This document shows, piece by piece, positions 1-10,723 of a stretch of DNA of 64,000 bases (position 1 is the stretch's first letter; the number at the start of each line of letters is the position of its first letter). The notes under the pieces were generated by a model that saw only the letters and a program-made list of their open reading frames with translations, was not told the DNA's origin and ran no database searches. Source of the stretch: an uncultured Actinomycetes bacterium (GTDB taxonomy: Bacteria > Actinomycetota > Thermoleophilia > Gaiellales > JAICJC01); assembly GCA_963809325.1 (NCBI GenBank), contig CAWEIZ010000008.1, forward strand, positions 126,165 through 190,164. Reading direction: 5' to 3'. The translations under genes and the position numbers were made by a program.

Positions 1-1522
1 CGGCGCTGCCGGCCAGCCGGGCGTCGCGGGCGGCCCGGGCACATCCGGCGGCGCCGGAGGCGCGGGGCAGGCGGGCGACGCCGGGAACGCGGCCAGGGGC
101 GGCGCCGTGCTCGTCCTGAGCGGCACCGCGGTGTTCGGCCACGTCACCTTCCTCTCGAACGTGGTGACGGGGGGCATGGGCGGGATCGGCGGCAGTGGGG
201 GGCGCGGCGGAACCGGCGGCCGCGGCGGCGTCGGCGGGCGGGGCGGCGTTGGAGCGACGCTCGGCGCCATGGGAGCGGCCGGCGGCGCCGGAGGTTCGGG
301 CGGTGCCGGCGGCGCGGCTGCGCCGGCCGGAAAGGGCGGCGCCGGCGGCGCGGCGTTGGGGGGCGCGATCTACAACGCCGGCACGCTGACGCTGACCGCC
401 GTCACCTTCCGCGGCAACTTCGCCCAGGGCGGCCGAGGCGGCCTCGGCGGCAGCGGCGGCAGCGGCGGCCAGGGCGGCTCGGGCGGCGCCGGAGGCGGCG
501 GGGGCCCGGGCGCCAACGGCGCGCCGGACATCTCCGGCGGGATCGGCGGCACGGGCGGGTCCGGCGGTATGCCGGCCGGTGCCGGTTCCGGCGGTACTCC
601 GGGCGCCCCCGGCAGGGGAGGCAACGGCGGCGCCGGTGGGCAGGCGGCGGGAGGCGCGATCTATAACGCCGGCAACCTGGAGATCGTCACAGCAGTCTTC
701 GACCAGAACTCGGTGCGGAGCGGTCCGGGCGGCCAAGGCGGCCCCGGCGGCTTCGGCGGCTCCGGCGGTGCGGGAGGCAGCGGGGCGTTCGGCGGCAGCG
801 GCGGCCTCGGCGGCAGCGCCTGCTGCCTGACCGGCGTCGGCGGCGCCGGTGGTCATCCGACCGACGGCGCGCCCGCGGGCGCGCCGAGCGTCGCCGTCAA
901 CGGCGGCAGTGGGGGCACCGGCGGCAACGCCGGACTGGCGCAGGGCGGCGGGATCGCGAACACCGGCTCCCTGAGCCTGACAGGCGCAGCGTTCACGGGC
1001 AACACCGTGCAGGCGGGGAACGGGGGCGCCGGATCGATCGGCGGAGGCGGCGGCAACGGCGCATCCGGAGTCCAGGGCGGCTTCGGCGGGCCGGGGGGCT
1101 CGGGCGGCAGCGGGCCGGCGGGCGGCGGCGCCGGGCAGTCCGGTGCCAACGGCTCCGTGGGAGGAAGCGCCGGCTCAGGTGCCGCCGGCGGCACCTCGGG
1201 CAAGGGCGGACGCGGTGGAGACGCTCGCGGAGGCGGGCTGTTCAGCACCGTCGCACTCGTCGTGGACTCGGGGAACTCCTACAGCCGCAACACCGTGACG
1301 GCCGGCGCGGGCGGCGTTGCCCGGCCCGGCGGCTCCGGCGGCCTTGCCGGTCTGGGAGGAGCCCCGGGGCACGGCGGCCCGGGCGGCATCGACGGCAACA
1401 CCGGAACCGTGCATCCCAGCGGCTCGTCGGGGGCCACCGGCCCGTCCGGCGCGGCGGGCGCGACGGGAAGCTCGACCGGCGCCGGGGCGGCCGGTGCCGC
1501 GACCTTCCCCGATCACAACTAG
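1..1522 (+). CDS. Glycine-rich (PE-PGRS-like) surface protein with GGAI/FxxN repeats; 5' end probably upstream of window
   Basis: ORF 107-1522 is extremely Gly-rich with periodic GGAIYNAGxL..FxxN motifs; Gly-rich coding pattern continues to base 1. Confidence 0.7.
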   Translation, partial: GAAGQPGVAGGPGTSGGAGGAGQAGDAGNAARGGAVLVLSGTAVFGHVTFLSNVVTGGMGGIGGSGGRGGTGGRGGVGGRGGVGATLGAMGAAGGAGGSGGAGGAAAPAGKGGAGGAALGGAIYNAGTLTLTAVTFRGNFAQGGRGGLGGSGGSGGQGGSGGAGGGGGPGANGAPDISGGIGGTGGSGGMPAGAGSGGTPGAPGRGGNGGAGGQAAGGAIYNAGNLEIVTAVFDQNSVRSGPGGQGGPGGFGGSGGAGGSGAFGGSGGLGGSACCLTGVGGAGGHPTDGAPAGAPSVAVNGGSGGTGGNAGLAQGGGIANTGSLSLTGAAFTGNTVQAGNGGAGSIGGGGGNGASGVQGGFGGPGGSGGSGPAGGGAGQSGANGSVGGSAGSGAAGGTSGKGGRGGDARGGGLFSTVALVVDSGNSYSRNTVTAGAGGVARPGGSGGLAGLGGAPGHGGPGGIDGNTGTVHPSGSSGATGPSGAAGATGSSTGAGAAGAATFPDHN

Positions 1523-1537
1523 GCCGGCAATCGCTCC

Positions 1538-2863
1538 TTACGAGGAGTCGGCGGAGGCGGGGGGCGACGGCGGGGCGAGCCGCGCGGATGCGACGTAGGC
1601 GACAACCGTCGCCACGATGATGAGCGGAGAGAGGGCGAGGCCGTCGGCGCTGAAGAAGATGGCTGTGAGCAGGACGGAGGTGAGGGGGAGTCCGAGCATG
1701 ACGGTGGTCATCGCTCCGACGCCCATGGCGGCGCCGGCGATCATGGGCAGCCCGGGCAGGTGTGAGAGCGCGATCCCGCCGACCGCGCCGATGAACATTC
1801 CGGGGAAGGTCGGCCCTCCGCGATAGCTGCTGAGCGCCAGGCTGTACGCCACCCCCTTGCAGACCGCGAGCAGGATGAGCGCGCCCACCGTCCACCCGGC
1901 GGCGCCCTCGACCAGGCCGGGCAGCGCGTCCTGCCCGGAGAAGAGCACCTCGGATGAGGGGTGGCTGGTGAACTCCGCAAAGATCACCGCCATCGCGCCG
2001 ATCCCAAGCCCCACCACCGGCATGAGCATCACGAGCCGACGCTCGACCACCGGTTGCAGCGCCAGCGCGCCGCGGCGGATGACGGTGCCGACGACCGCCG
2101 CGGCCAACCCGATCCCGATCGCCCAGAGGAACTCTGCGAGGGTCGGCGAGGTGAAGGGCGGGATGTCGGGGATGGCGAGGGAGAACGTGCCGTAGCCGGT
2201 CCAGTTGTCGAGCCCGACGAAGATCAGGGTGCCCACGCCTGCGGCCAGCAGCCCCGGCACCAGCACGACCCCCATCAACGGGCCGCCGATGCCGCCGGCC
2301 TCCATCAGCAGGAACGCCCCCACGATCGGCGACCCCAGGAGCGTGCTCACGGCGGCGAAGCTCCCGGCGGCCCCGATCACCATCGTCGCCGTCTGGGGCG
2401 CATCGCGCTTGAGCAGGTGGATCGCGAGCACCCCCAGTCCGCTGCCGAGAGCGATCAGCGGTGCCTCCGGGCCGAGCACGACGCCAAGGCTCAACGTCAG
2501 GAACGACGCGACGACGATCAACGGCAGGTCGCGCGGGTCGACCGGCCCACCCGACTTGAACCCCTCGGCCGGCTTATGCCCGCCGGTGCCCGGGAGATGC
2601 CGCAGCGAGAGCCCAACCAGAAGGCCGCTTGCCGTCAGCGGCACGAGCGGCCACCAGGTGGGTTCGCTCGTGAACCCGAGCTCGCCGGGAAGGGTCGTGA
2701 ACACCCACTCCTGAGCGACGCCGACCTCCTTCAGATAGAGGTAGGCAGCCGCAGCCACCGGCACCCCGAGCAGGGCGCCGAGCACCAGGATCGCGACATA
2801 GCTGCGACTTCGCAGCTGCTGTGCCGGATCGGACGCTTCGGGTGCGTGCGGAGGGGTCGTCAT
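1538..2863 (-). CDS. ClC-family chloride channel protein
   Basis: 441 aa multi-TM ORF; GPEAP motif (GxEGP-like) and GGPTFP motif. Confidence 0.85.
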   Translation of the reverse strand: MTTPPHAPEASDPAQQLRSRSYVAILVLGALLGVPVAAAAYLYLKEVGVAQEWVFTTLPGELGFTSEPTWWPLVPLTASGLLVGLSLRHLPGTGGHKPAEGFKSGGPVDPRDLPLIVVASFLTLSLGVVLGPEAPLIALGSGLGVLAIHLLKRDAPQTATMVIGAAGSFAAVSTLLGSPIVGAFLLMEAGGIGGPLMGVVLVPGLLAAGVGTLIFVGLDNWTGYGTFSLAIPDIPPFTSPTLAEFLWAIGIGLAAAVVGTVIRRGALALQPVVERRLVMLMPVVGLGIGAMAVIFAEFTSHPSSEVLFSGQDALPGLVEGAAGWTVGALILLAVCKGVAYSLALSSYRGGPTFPGMFIGAVGGIALSHLPGLPMIAGAAMGVGAMTTVMLGLPLTSVLLTAIFFSADGLALSPLIIVATVVAYVASARLAPPSPPASADSS

Positions 2864-2929
2864 GTCCCGTTGGGCATGCCGGGACCGAGGGTCTCCCGAG
2901 CCGGGATCGAACCTACGTCACCGACAGCC

Positions 2930-2952
2930 CATCCCATCATCCTGATGGGATG
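2930..2952. promoter_or_regulatory. Perfect inverted repeat CATCCCATCA-tcc-TGATGGGATG, candidate operator between divergent genes
   Basis: 10-bp perfect arms with 3-bp spacer in the ClC/CorA intergenic region. Confidence 0.45.
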
Positions 2953-3028
2953 AAGTCCGCGCCCCTGGGACGCACTCCCCGGCGACCGTTCGACCGACGC
3001 TGCTCAAGACGGGTGTAGGCTCGCCGGC

Positions 3029-4009
3029 GTGAATCTGGTCCGGATCGCCGGCGGTGAGACGGTCGAGCACGAGGTCGGCGAGCTGCCGGCGCTCCTGGCG
3101 CGGGGCGACGGAGTGGTGTGGCTCGACCTCTCGGCCGGAGACGCCGAGATGGGTTCGGTCCTGAGCCAGGTGTTCGCGGTCCGGTCGAGCGCCCTCAGGG
3201 AATGCGAGCAGCCGGGACTCGTCCCGCGCGTGCGTCGCTACAGCGATCACCTCTTCGTGGAGCTGCACGCGCCGGCGACCGGATCGGATGGGATGGTCGA
3301 CGCCCTGGCGCTCGTGCTGTTCGTGGGCGGCGGCTACGTCGTCAGCGTCCACGAACGCCGCGAGTCGGTGAAGGACGAGGACGTGACGCGCGACACCGAG
3401 ACCGTGTCGCGGCGCCTGGCCAAGCGCACCATTACGGTCGAGTCCGCCGCGGACCTGGCGTACTCGGTCGCATCGGCCATCGCTCAGCGGATGGAGAGCG
3501 AGGTCGGAGCGCTGTCCAACCGGGTGGTCGCGCTCGAGCGGAGCATCCTGGTCTCGCGGCGGCGCGACGACGAGGTGCTCGAGTCGATGTTCCGGGCTCG
3601 TCACGAGCTGGTCACGGTGCAGACCATGGCGAGCCATGACCGTTCGATCTTCGAGCGCCTCACCCGTGTCGCGGGCGACCTCCTGGACGAGGACGGGCGC
3701 CGCCTCGTCGAGGACATGATCGACCAGTTCGGTCGTGTCCAGGGGATGTGTGCGACCGAGCGCGATTTCCTCCAGGAGCTGCTCGACCTCTATCAGACGA
3801 GGGCCACCGACAGCATCAACGTCGCCATGGAACGGCTCGCCCTGATCACCGCCGTGGCGCTCCCGATCACAGCCGTGGCGTCGCTCTACGGGATGAACAC
3901 GATCGTGAACTCCGGCACGCGGCCCGTCCAGCTGGCGGTGTCGCTGGTCGCAATGGGCCTTCTGACGGTGGTGATGCTCGTCTGGGCGCGGCGGCAGGGG
4001 TGGTGGTAG
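3029..4009 (+). CDS. corA: CorA-family Mg2+/Co2+ transporter
   Basis: YGMN signature and two C-terminal TM helices. Confidence 0.85.
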   Translation: MNLVRIAGGETVEHEVGELPALLARGDGVVWLDLSAGDAEMGSVLSQVFAVRSSALRECEQPGLVPRVRRYSDHLFVELHAPATGSDGMVDALALVLFVGGGYVVSVHERRESVKDEDVTRDTETVSRRLAKRTITVESAADLAYSVASAIAQRMESEVGALSNRVVALERSILVSRRRDDEVLESMFRARHELVTVQTMASHDRSIFERLTRVAGDLLDEDGRRLVEDMIDQFGRVQGMCATERDFLQELLDLYQTRATDSINVAMERLALITAVALPITAVASLYGMNTIVNSGTRPVQLAVSLVAMGLLTVVMLVWARRQGWW

Positions 4010-4027
4010 CGGAGACGTGGGTTGGCG

Positions 4028-4867
4028 CTAGTCCTTCTCGGGGGCGGCGACCTCCGTGAAGAGCGCTCCCTGGGCAGCGCCTGATCCAGCCTTGCCGCCT
4101 CCCGGGCCACGCAGAACGTATGCGGCGACCACGGCCAGGCCGGCTCCGATCAGCGGGCCGACGATATACACCCAGTAGCTGGTGAAGTCGCCGCCGACCA
4201 GGTCGGGCCCGAACGTGCGCGCCGGGTTCATCGAGGCGCCCGAGATCGGGCTCCCCCACAGGCCCGCGAGGATGATGTAGCTGCCGACGCCCAGCGCGCC
4301 GAACACTCCGAGGTTCTGGGCACCCGATGCGGTTCCGAGGATCACGCTGACCAAGCCGAGGGTCAGCACGGCCTCCATCAGGAGCGCGTCCGTGGACGAG
4401 TAGCCCGACGCTGGATAGTTGGAGCCGAACACGGCCGAGGCGTTGACCACGCTCTGCACGAACCACGCGGCGAGCGACGCTCCGATCAGCTGCACGACGA
4501 TGTACCCGGGCACCCGCCTCCACGGGAAGTCCCCCCGCAGGGAGAACGCGACGCTGACCGCGGGGTTGAGATGCGCGCCCGACACCCTGCCCATGAACAG
4601 GATGATCGCCATCACCATCAACCCGGGCGCGGTGACCGCCGCCGTCCTGCTGATCGTGTTCGGGAAGGCCTCCCCCATGACCCCACCGCCACATGCCACC
4701 AGTACCAGAAAGAACGTTCCCAAGAGCTCCGAGAACAGTCGCCGCCACTCCTGCGACGGATCCTGGAAGTCCTGGATCGGCGCCAGCACGTCACGGTCGA
4801 ACAGCGCCTCCATGTGAGACAACGCCGCCACGCGCGTTGCAGCCTCTCCCGCTCGACTCTCAGCCAT
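4028..4867 (-). CDS. MIP/aquaporin family channel
   Basis: Two NPA motifs (SGAHLNPAVS, GASMNPART). Confidence 0.9.
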   Translation of the reverse strand: MAESRAGEAATRVAALSHMEALFDRDVLAPIQDFQDPSQEWRRLFSELLGTFFLVLVACGGGVMGEAFPNTISRTAAVTAPGLMVMAIILFMGRVSGAHLNPAVSVAFSLRGDFPWRRVPGYIVVQLIGASLAAWFVQSVVNASAVFGSNYPASGYSSTDALLMEAVLTLGLVSVILGTASGAQNLGVFGALGVGSYIILAGLWGSPISGASMNPARTFGPDLVGGDFTSYWVYIVGPLIGAGLAVVAAYVLRGPGGGKAGSGAAQGALFTEVAAPEKD

Positions 4868-5023
4868 CGCCCCAACCCTCCTGTCCTCAAACAGTGGCAT
4901 CCGACACCCACCGAGACACGGCGCGCACGACTCTAGGCCTCTCTCCCATACACCGGCATCACCCCAACCGAACGAATTCCATTGTTGGGATACGCGCGCC
5001 TCCGTGCGGACTGGGTCGCTGGG

Positions 5024-5588
5024 TTAACGGTGCCGGCGGTACTGCAGCTCGACGATCCCGTTGCGGGAGGGGGTGCTGGAGATCAGGTCGAGCCGGTAGG
5101 ACTTGGGAACGTCGTCGAACAGCAGGGTGCCCTCGCCCGTAACGTAGGGGAACAGGCTCACGTGGAACTCGTCGATCAGGTCGAGCAGCATGAGCGACCG
5201 CCAGAGGCTGACGCCGCCCCAGACCACGATGTGGCCGTCGCCGCCTCGCCTGAGCTTGTCGATCTCTTCTGCCGTGTCACCAGCGGCGATGGTGGTGTTG
5301 GCCCAGTCGGCCGTCCTCAGGGTCCGGGAGAAGACGACCTTGCGCCCGGCGTTCAGGATGTCGGCGAACGGGTGGTCGGTGGACGTTGTCATGGCCCCGG
5401 CGATGCCCTCGTAGGCGGTGCGGCCCATGATGTGCGCGTACGCGCTCTGGAGAAAGTCGAGTTGCGCCGGGTCGTCGGGCTCACGGTTTTCGGGCAGGTC
5501 GAAGCAGAACTTCCAAAACTCGGTGCCCTCGTCGGCGAGAAGGCCGTTCGAGCGAGTAGTTGAACACCGTCGCTATCAGCTTCCGCAT
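5024..5588 (-). CDS. Dihydrofolate reductase/RibD C-terminal family protein (frameshifted)
   Basis: MRKLIATVFNYSL start in one frame; MGRTAYE..VWGG..LIDEFHVSLFP..GEG in another. Confidence 0.75.
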
Positions 5589-5744
5589 GATCAGACCTCC
5601 GTGGTCTCGGGTCGTCTGGGGACCGTGCTTGCTGGGACGTGCCTGTCGTACTTCAGACGCCACTGCCGCCCAGAAGTCATCGGTGCCCCGGGTGCTCCAC
5701 GAGGCGGTGGGACCAGGCGCGAGCTGAGACGGGGAGTGCCGGGA

Positions 5745-6313
5745 CTACTTGCGTACGCGGAACCGGAGGATGGTGGCGTCGCCCGACCGCGCGCTGCTGA
5801 TCGGTTCCAGGTCCACCCTGGTGAGCCCCGGGGACGAGAAGGGGATGCCATCGCCGAGCAGCACCGGCAGGACATACACGAGGATCTCGTCGACGAGCCC
5901 GCGCCCCAGGCACTGGCCCGCCACATCGGCGCCGAGGATCTCCAGGTTCTTGCCGCCCGCAGCGTCCAGTGCCGTGGCGACCGCTTCCCCGATGTCGCCG
6001 CTGAGGATCGTGACATCCGGCTCCGGCGGCTCCGGCGGCCGATGGGTGAGGAGGAAGAACGGGCCGGCGAACGGGTAGTCCACGCTGCCGGGTCCTCGGC
6101 CTCCATCTTGCTGCCGACGTCCCAGGTTCGCCGGCCGATGAGCATGGCGCCGGTGGCCGCCGCGATCTCCGCGAAATCGTCCGGCGCCACGAAATGGGCG
6201 AGCGGGCGACCACCGCCCCAATCCATCCTATGGCCGGGACCGGCGATGAAGCCGTCGAGCGACATCGCCCTGTTCACGACCACCTTGCCGTGTCCGGTGC
6301 TCGTCTCGCTCAT
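5745..6313 (-). CDS. Dihydrofolate reductase/RibD C-terminal family protein (frameshifted)
   Basis: MSLDGFIAGP..GRRTWD, then GLVDEILVYVLPVLLGDG in a second frame. Confidence 0.8.
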
Positions 6314-6744
6314 CTGCTCCTCCGAAGAACCACGGGCGGCCATTCTTGCATCCCCTGGCCCTGGCGAGTGGCCTCGCAGTCACGGGTGCCTTCGGAATGG
6401 GGTGCGCCGCATGGGTAAGCCTTGACCCCGTCAAATCAGATGGCGGGCAGAGCGCGAGGTCGCCCAGCTCGGCTAGCCGGATCGCGCTCGGCGCCACACG
6501 CGGCGTCGCTCCGGAGGCAGCCCTGCACGGGCGCTGTGGGCGAACGTTTGCGGAACGTCCAAATCTGGTATCAGTTGTTGCTTGACTCGGCAGGCGCGCT
6601 GGCCCAGCAAGGAGCTACCCGGCGGCGGCCACGCCCGGCAGCGGGCGACCTCCTCGTACGTGCTGGCAGCCGGCCGCGCCTGAGAGTCAGGCCGTCCGAG
6701 CGGCATTCTTGCGCCGCCGTCGCGGGCGGTGGGAGGATGGGCGG

Positions 6745-7365
6745 GTGCCGTCGCCGCCCACCATCGCGCCGGTCCTCGTGGCCGAGCTGCTCGTCGAGGG
6801 CGAGCAGTGGCCGGTCTACGTGCACGTCATCGACCATCCCGACGCGCGCGTGCTGGTCGACACTGGCATGACGGAGCTGCACCCGGCGGTGGCCGACCTC
6901 GATCCCCGCCTCCATCCACTGAGCGAGCAGGCCTTCGACCTCGCCGGCATCGACGTCGTCGTCAACACGCACCTGCACTTCGACCACTGCGGCGGCAACC
7001 ACCTCTTCGCCGGCAGGCCGATCTACGTCCAGCGCCGGGAGCTCGACGACGCGCGCAGCGAGGACGACTACACGATCCGCGAGTGGGTCGAGGCGCCCGG
7101 CGTGCGGTACGTGCCGGTCGACGGCGAGCACGAGCTGCTTCCCGGGCTCCGGCTCGTCCCGGCGCCGGGCCACACGCGCGGCATGCAGGTGGTCGTCGTC
7201 GAGACGGGCGGGCGTCCGGTCGTCGTCGGCGGCGATGTGGCGGTGAGTTTCGGGGAGCTCGACGAGCCGCGCACCGAAGGGCAGCTGCGGGTGCGCGCGC
7301 TCGACCCCGAGCTGGTCTGGCTCGCGCACGAGCATGAGCCGTGGCGGCCCAGCACCACCCCGTGA
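6745..7365 (+). CDS. Metallo-beta-lactamase fold hydrolase (AHL-lactonase-like)
   Basis: THLHFDHCGG (HxHxDH), PGHT and GD motifs. Confidence 0.85.
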   Translation: MPSPPTIAPVLVAELLVEGEQWPVYVHVIDHPDARVLVDTGMTELHPAVADLDPRLHPLSEQAFDLAGIDVVVNTHLHFDHCGGNHLFAGRPIYVQRRELDDARSEDDYTIREWVEAPGVRYVPVDGEHELLPGLRLVPAPGHTRGMQVVVVETGGRPVVVGGDVAVSFGELDEPRTEGQLRVRALDPELVWLAHEHEPWRPSTTP

Positions 7366-7423
7366 ACGACCCTTAAGGCCAGCACCTCGCCCTGGTCAAC
7401 GCGTGATCGGGCGAGCGGCCAGG

Positions 7424-9003
7424 CTAGCGTCCGATGGCGTAGAGGGTGGCGTTGTTGATGGCGTAGACGGTGCCGTCGGGGCCGATGAGGGTGGGGGTGT
7501 AGGCCTCTGGGCGCGGGCTGTTGAGGTGGATCTTCTCGGCCAGGGTGTTGCGGGCCAGGTCCCAGCGGTAGAGGGTTCCGTCCTCGCTGTTGACGATCAC
7601 CGAGTCGTCGACGAGGTCGACCACGGCCGAGTTGATGCACCACTCATACCGTGCTCCAGCTGGGTCGCCGGGGATGTGCACGGGCGACAGGATGGTCTGG
7701 ACAGCCTTCATGACCCGGGTGTCGGCGTAGGGGTCTTTCTGGCTTGCCCGAGGGTCGAGCACGGCGACCCGGTTGTGCCCGTCTCCGTGTGGCCCGATGC
7801 CGAGGTAGTTGTTGTACTTCGACACCAGCAGGTACGGCGAGGTTCCGTGGTAGCGGGGCACGGCGCGGGCAGGCAGCACGGAGACGGTGTTGTCCCACCC
7901 GAAGGATCCCGGTGTCTTGGCCCGGGTCAAGGTGGCGTTGTAGTGCAGCAGCCAGCCGCGGTCATCGTGGTTGGGGAACGGATTCTCCAGGACGCCGTAG
8001 TACACGTCCCCGTCCGGTCCGACCGTCGGTGAGGCGGACGAGCTGGTCGAGATGAAGGCCGGCTGGCCGCTGACCGGGTCTCTCAGCACGACGTGGAACC
8101 TGGGTTTGAGCGTGGCGGCGTCGAGCCCGACCAGGATGCCGCGTGTGGGGCTGGTGACGGTGATGTAGACGGTCGTGCCGGAGGGCGAGAGGGCCGGGGC
8201 GCAGTTCAGGGCCACGCCATTGATGGTCGAGTTGCCGGCGGCCGCGGCGGCGGTGATCCACGTCGCGTGGCCATGCGCATCGATCCGGGCGATCCCGCTG
8301 GACAGGTGCGCCGGTGTTGCGCCGGTCACGGTGAACCCGAAATACACCGACCCGTCAGATCCCGCGGTCAGCGGTGTGGTGATCTGCACGGCCTTGTCGT
8401 AGGCGGACCGGTGGGCCCGCCACTGCGAAACACCGTAGAACACCCTCCGCCGCACCGCACCGGCGGTCAGTGTTGGCGTGCCGGCGCATGAGGACTGTCC
8501 CCCCTGCACCTGCAACTGCCAGGGCTGTGCTGGGCGTCAGCACGGCGGGCAACGGAGGCGTCCAGGTGCCGAAGCCACCCGTGAATGCAGGCGGCCGGTA
8601 GTCAGTCTTGATTGACCAGCGCCGGGCGCCGCTGGTCCCGGAGTACGCGACCACCCGGAATCCGGCCTTGCTCACTGACCCGGGTCGGGACCAGCACCGT
8701 GTTGGCCGCCGTGATCATCGGGGAGCCGTAGTGAATGGGCAGAACGCCACCCAACAGAACCGGAGCCAGATCGACCTTCGCCCTCCAGCGGATCCGGCGG
8801 AACGGCTGAGACCGCTCTCGGGCCACTGCTGTGTGCTGCGCGTTCCCGGCGAAACCTGCCCACTCGACTGCTCCGCCGGGGCCATGGTTAGCGAACACGA
8901 TGCGCCCGTTCTCCCCGGAAGACGCCGCCCGGACAGCAGTCGCGCCGCCCGCCCAAACCGCCAGAATCAGCGCGATTCCTCCTAGAAGCGTTGTCCGCCG
9001 CAT
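7424..9003 (-). CDS. Secreted beta-propeller-like hypothetical protein, split over three frames
   Basis: Signal peptide in ORF 8602-9003 continues via 8355-8675 into 7424-8515; PTVGPDG repeats. Confidence 0.55.
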
Positions 9004-9053
9004 CCCTCACCCCTGCCGTGGTCCATAGAGCTTCCCAGCTTGTTCCAAACATG

Positions 9054-9686
9054 TCAATGAGATTCGGTCGTCCTCGATTCACCGATCGGCCGGCGGTAGC
9101 AGACGTGCGTCGCCAGTGGCGAATGGAGGACCTCGTCGGGCTCGAAATCGAACTCGGCGACGCCGTCGAATATCCTCTCGCCGGACCCGAGTAGAACGGG
9201 GACGATGTCGAGCCAGAGCTCGTCGATGACGCCCGCCAGCAGCGCTTGGCGGACGGTCGAGGCGCCGCCCGCGATGTCGATGCCGTCTGCGCCGGCAGCC
9301 TCGCGGGCCTGGGCGTAGGCGGCGTCGAAGCCATCGGTGACGAAGTGAAACGTCGTCCCGCCCTCCATCTCGATCGGCGCGTGAGTGTGATGGGTGAGGA
9401 CGAACACGGGCGCGTGGTAGGGCGGCTCGGGCCCCCACCAGCCCGACCACTCCTCGTCCCACTCGCCGCGGATCGGGCCAAACATGTTGCGGCCCATGAC
9501 GTAGGCGCCGCGGGGGCGCAGCAAACGGCGCTCGGCAGTGGCGTCCGCCTCGTTCGCGCGCTCGTCGCCAAGGTGCCAGCCGTGAAGCTCGCGGCCCCGC
9601 TTGCCGAGCGGGTCTTCGCGGCTTTGATCCGGCCCGGCGACGAAGCCGTCGAGGGAGATCGACATGTGGCAGGTGGTGTCGGCCAT
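9054..9686 (-). CDS. Dihydrofolate reductase/RibD C-terminal family protein
   Basis: MSISLDGFVAGP, MGRNMF, IAGGA, IVPVLLGSG motifs. Confidence 0.85.
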   Translation of the reverse strand: MADTTCHMSISLDGFVAGPDQSREDPLGKRGRELHGWHLGDERANEADATAERRLLRPRGAYVMGRNMFGPIRGEWDEEWSGWWGPEPPYHAPVFVLTHHTHAPIEMEGGTTFHFVTDGFDAAYAQAREAAGADGIDIAGGASTVRQALLAGVIDELWLDIVPVLLGSGERIFDGVAEFDFEPDEVLHSPLATHVCYRRPIGESRTTESH

Positions 9687-9934
9687 CACTCTCCTTTCCA
9701 TCGTGCTGGAGGAAGGCATCATCGGCCGCCGTCGGCGGCGACGTAGCGGTTCGCTTCGGCGAGCTCGAGGAGCCTCGCACCGAAGGCCTCCATGGCCGAG
9801 GAGCAGGTCAGCCCTTCGTAGACGGCCGGTCGCTCGACCTTCGAACACCGCGCCCGCGCAGCCATCGACCGCCCATCGCCAGGGAGCGAGGATGCTACGT
9901 TGCCTGGACTAGGCACGATGGCCTCGGAGGACCT

Positions 9935-10552
9935 ATGCGGCGAGGGCGTCCGCTCTTCTGGACGATTATCGGAAGCGTCGTGGCTGCAGTGGCGGTAGCA
10001 ATAGCTTTGACCCAAGTCAACTCGGGTACGCCGCCAGAAGCAGCCTCTTCGCCCGTGCCTCCCATTTCGGCCGGTGCAAGCTCTCATGCTGGCGAGTCCG
10101 CCCCAGTGGTAACTCCGGAGACTTCCAGCACATCGTCGTTCTCATATCTCTCGGACATGCACCCTTCCGGGGATCTCGCCGGGAAGGTAACACCGGGTCC
10201 GGTCAAGATATCCGGATCGATTTACCCCAAGAGCATCTCGTTCTATTGTAACGTTGGTGACGCAACTGCGTTTCCTGTATACAAGCTCGAGCATAACGCT
10301 CGCCGGTTCCAAGCCACCATTGGACTAGGTGCTGAGTCGCCCCCCGGATTTCAAGCGGGCGTACTACTAGTTGGCGATGGGCGCACTCTCCGGATGTTTA
10401 GTGTCAGCGTCCCTAAACCAAAGACCGTCGATGTCAATGTAACAGGGGTCCATACCCTCCAACTCGAATGCTTCGGCTCCGGCAATTCGACAACCGGTGG
10501 TGAGGCCGTGGCTCTCGCGTGGGGCAACGCACGTGTCTCAGGAGGACATTGA
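9935..10552 (+). CDS. Membrane-anchored NPCBM/NEW2-like carbohydrate-binding protein
   Basis: N-terminal TM, Ser/Pro linker, YLSD..FQATIGL..VDVNVTGV..WGNAR pattern; visibly lower GC than flanks. Confidence 0.6.
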   Translation: MRRGRPLFWTIIGSVVAAVAVAIALTQVNSGTPPEAASSPVPPISAGASSHAGESAPVVTPETSSTSSFSYLSDMHPSGDLAGKVTPGPVKISGSIYPKSISFYCNVGDATAFPVYKLEHNARRFQATIGLGAESPPGFQAGVLLVGDGRTLRMFSVSVPKPKTVDVNVTGVHTLQLECFGSGNSTTGGEAVALAWGNARVSGGH

Positions 10553-10723
10553 CCGCGGAATGGCGGGTCGTGCTCGCCGGTCTTCGACCGGGCGGTCGGC
10601 CCCGGCGGTGAGCGCCATTCCCGTGGGCCGCCGAGGCGCATCCAAGAGGGGTCGGCTTCGAATCGTCCGGTCGGTCTCAACCTCGCCAGTCCGGGAGCAC
10701 GCTGACGCGCCGCAACTCCTCTT

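Noticed and set aside
6413-6447. GCCTTGAC plus a minus-strand CCCGCCAT..TTGACGGG resembling the cassette junctions
   Set aside because: No TIR of either family is adjacent and the spacing differs; probably a chance match or a local TTGAC-ccc-GTCAA operator.
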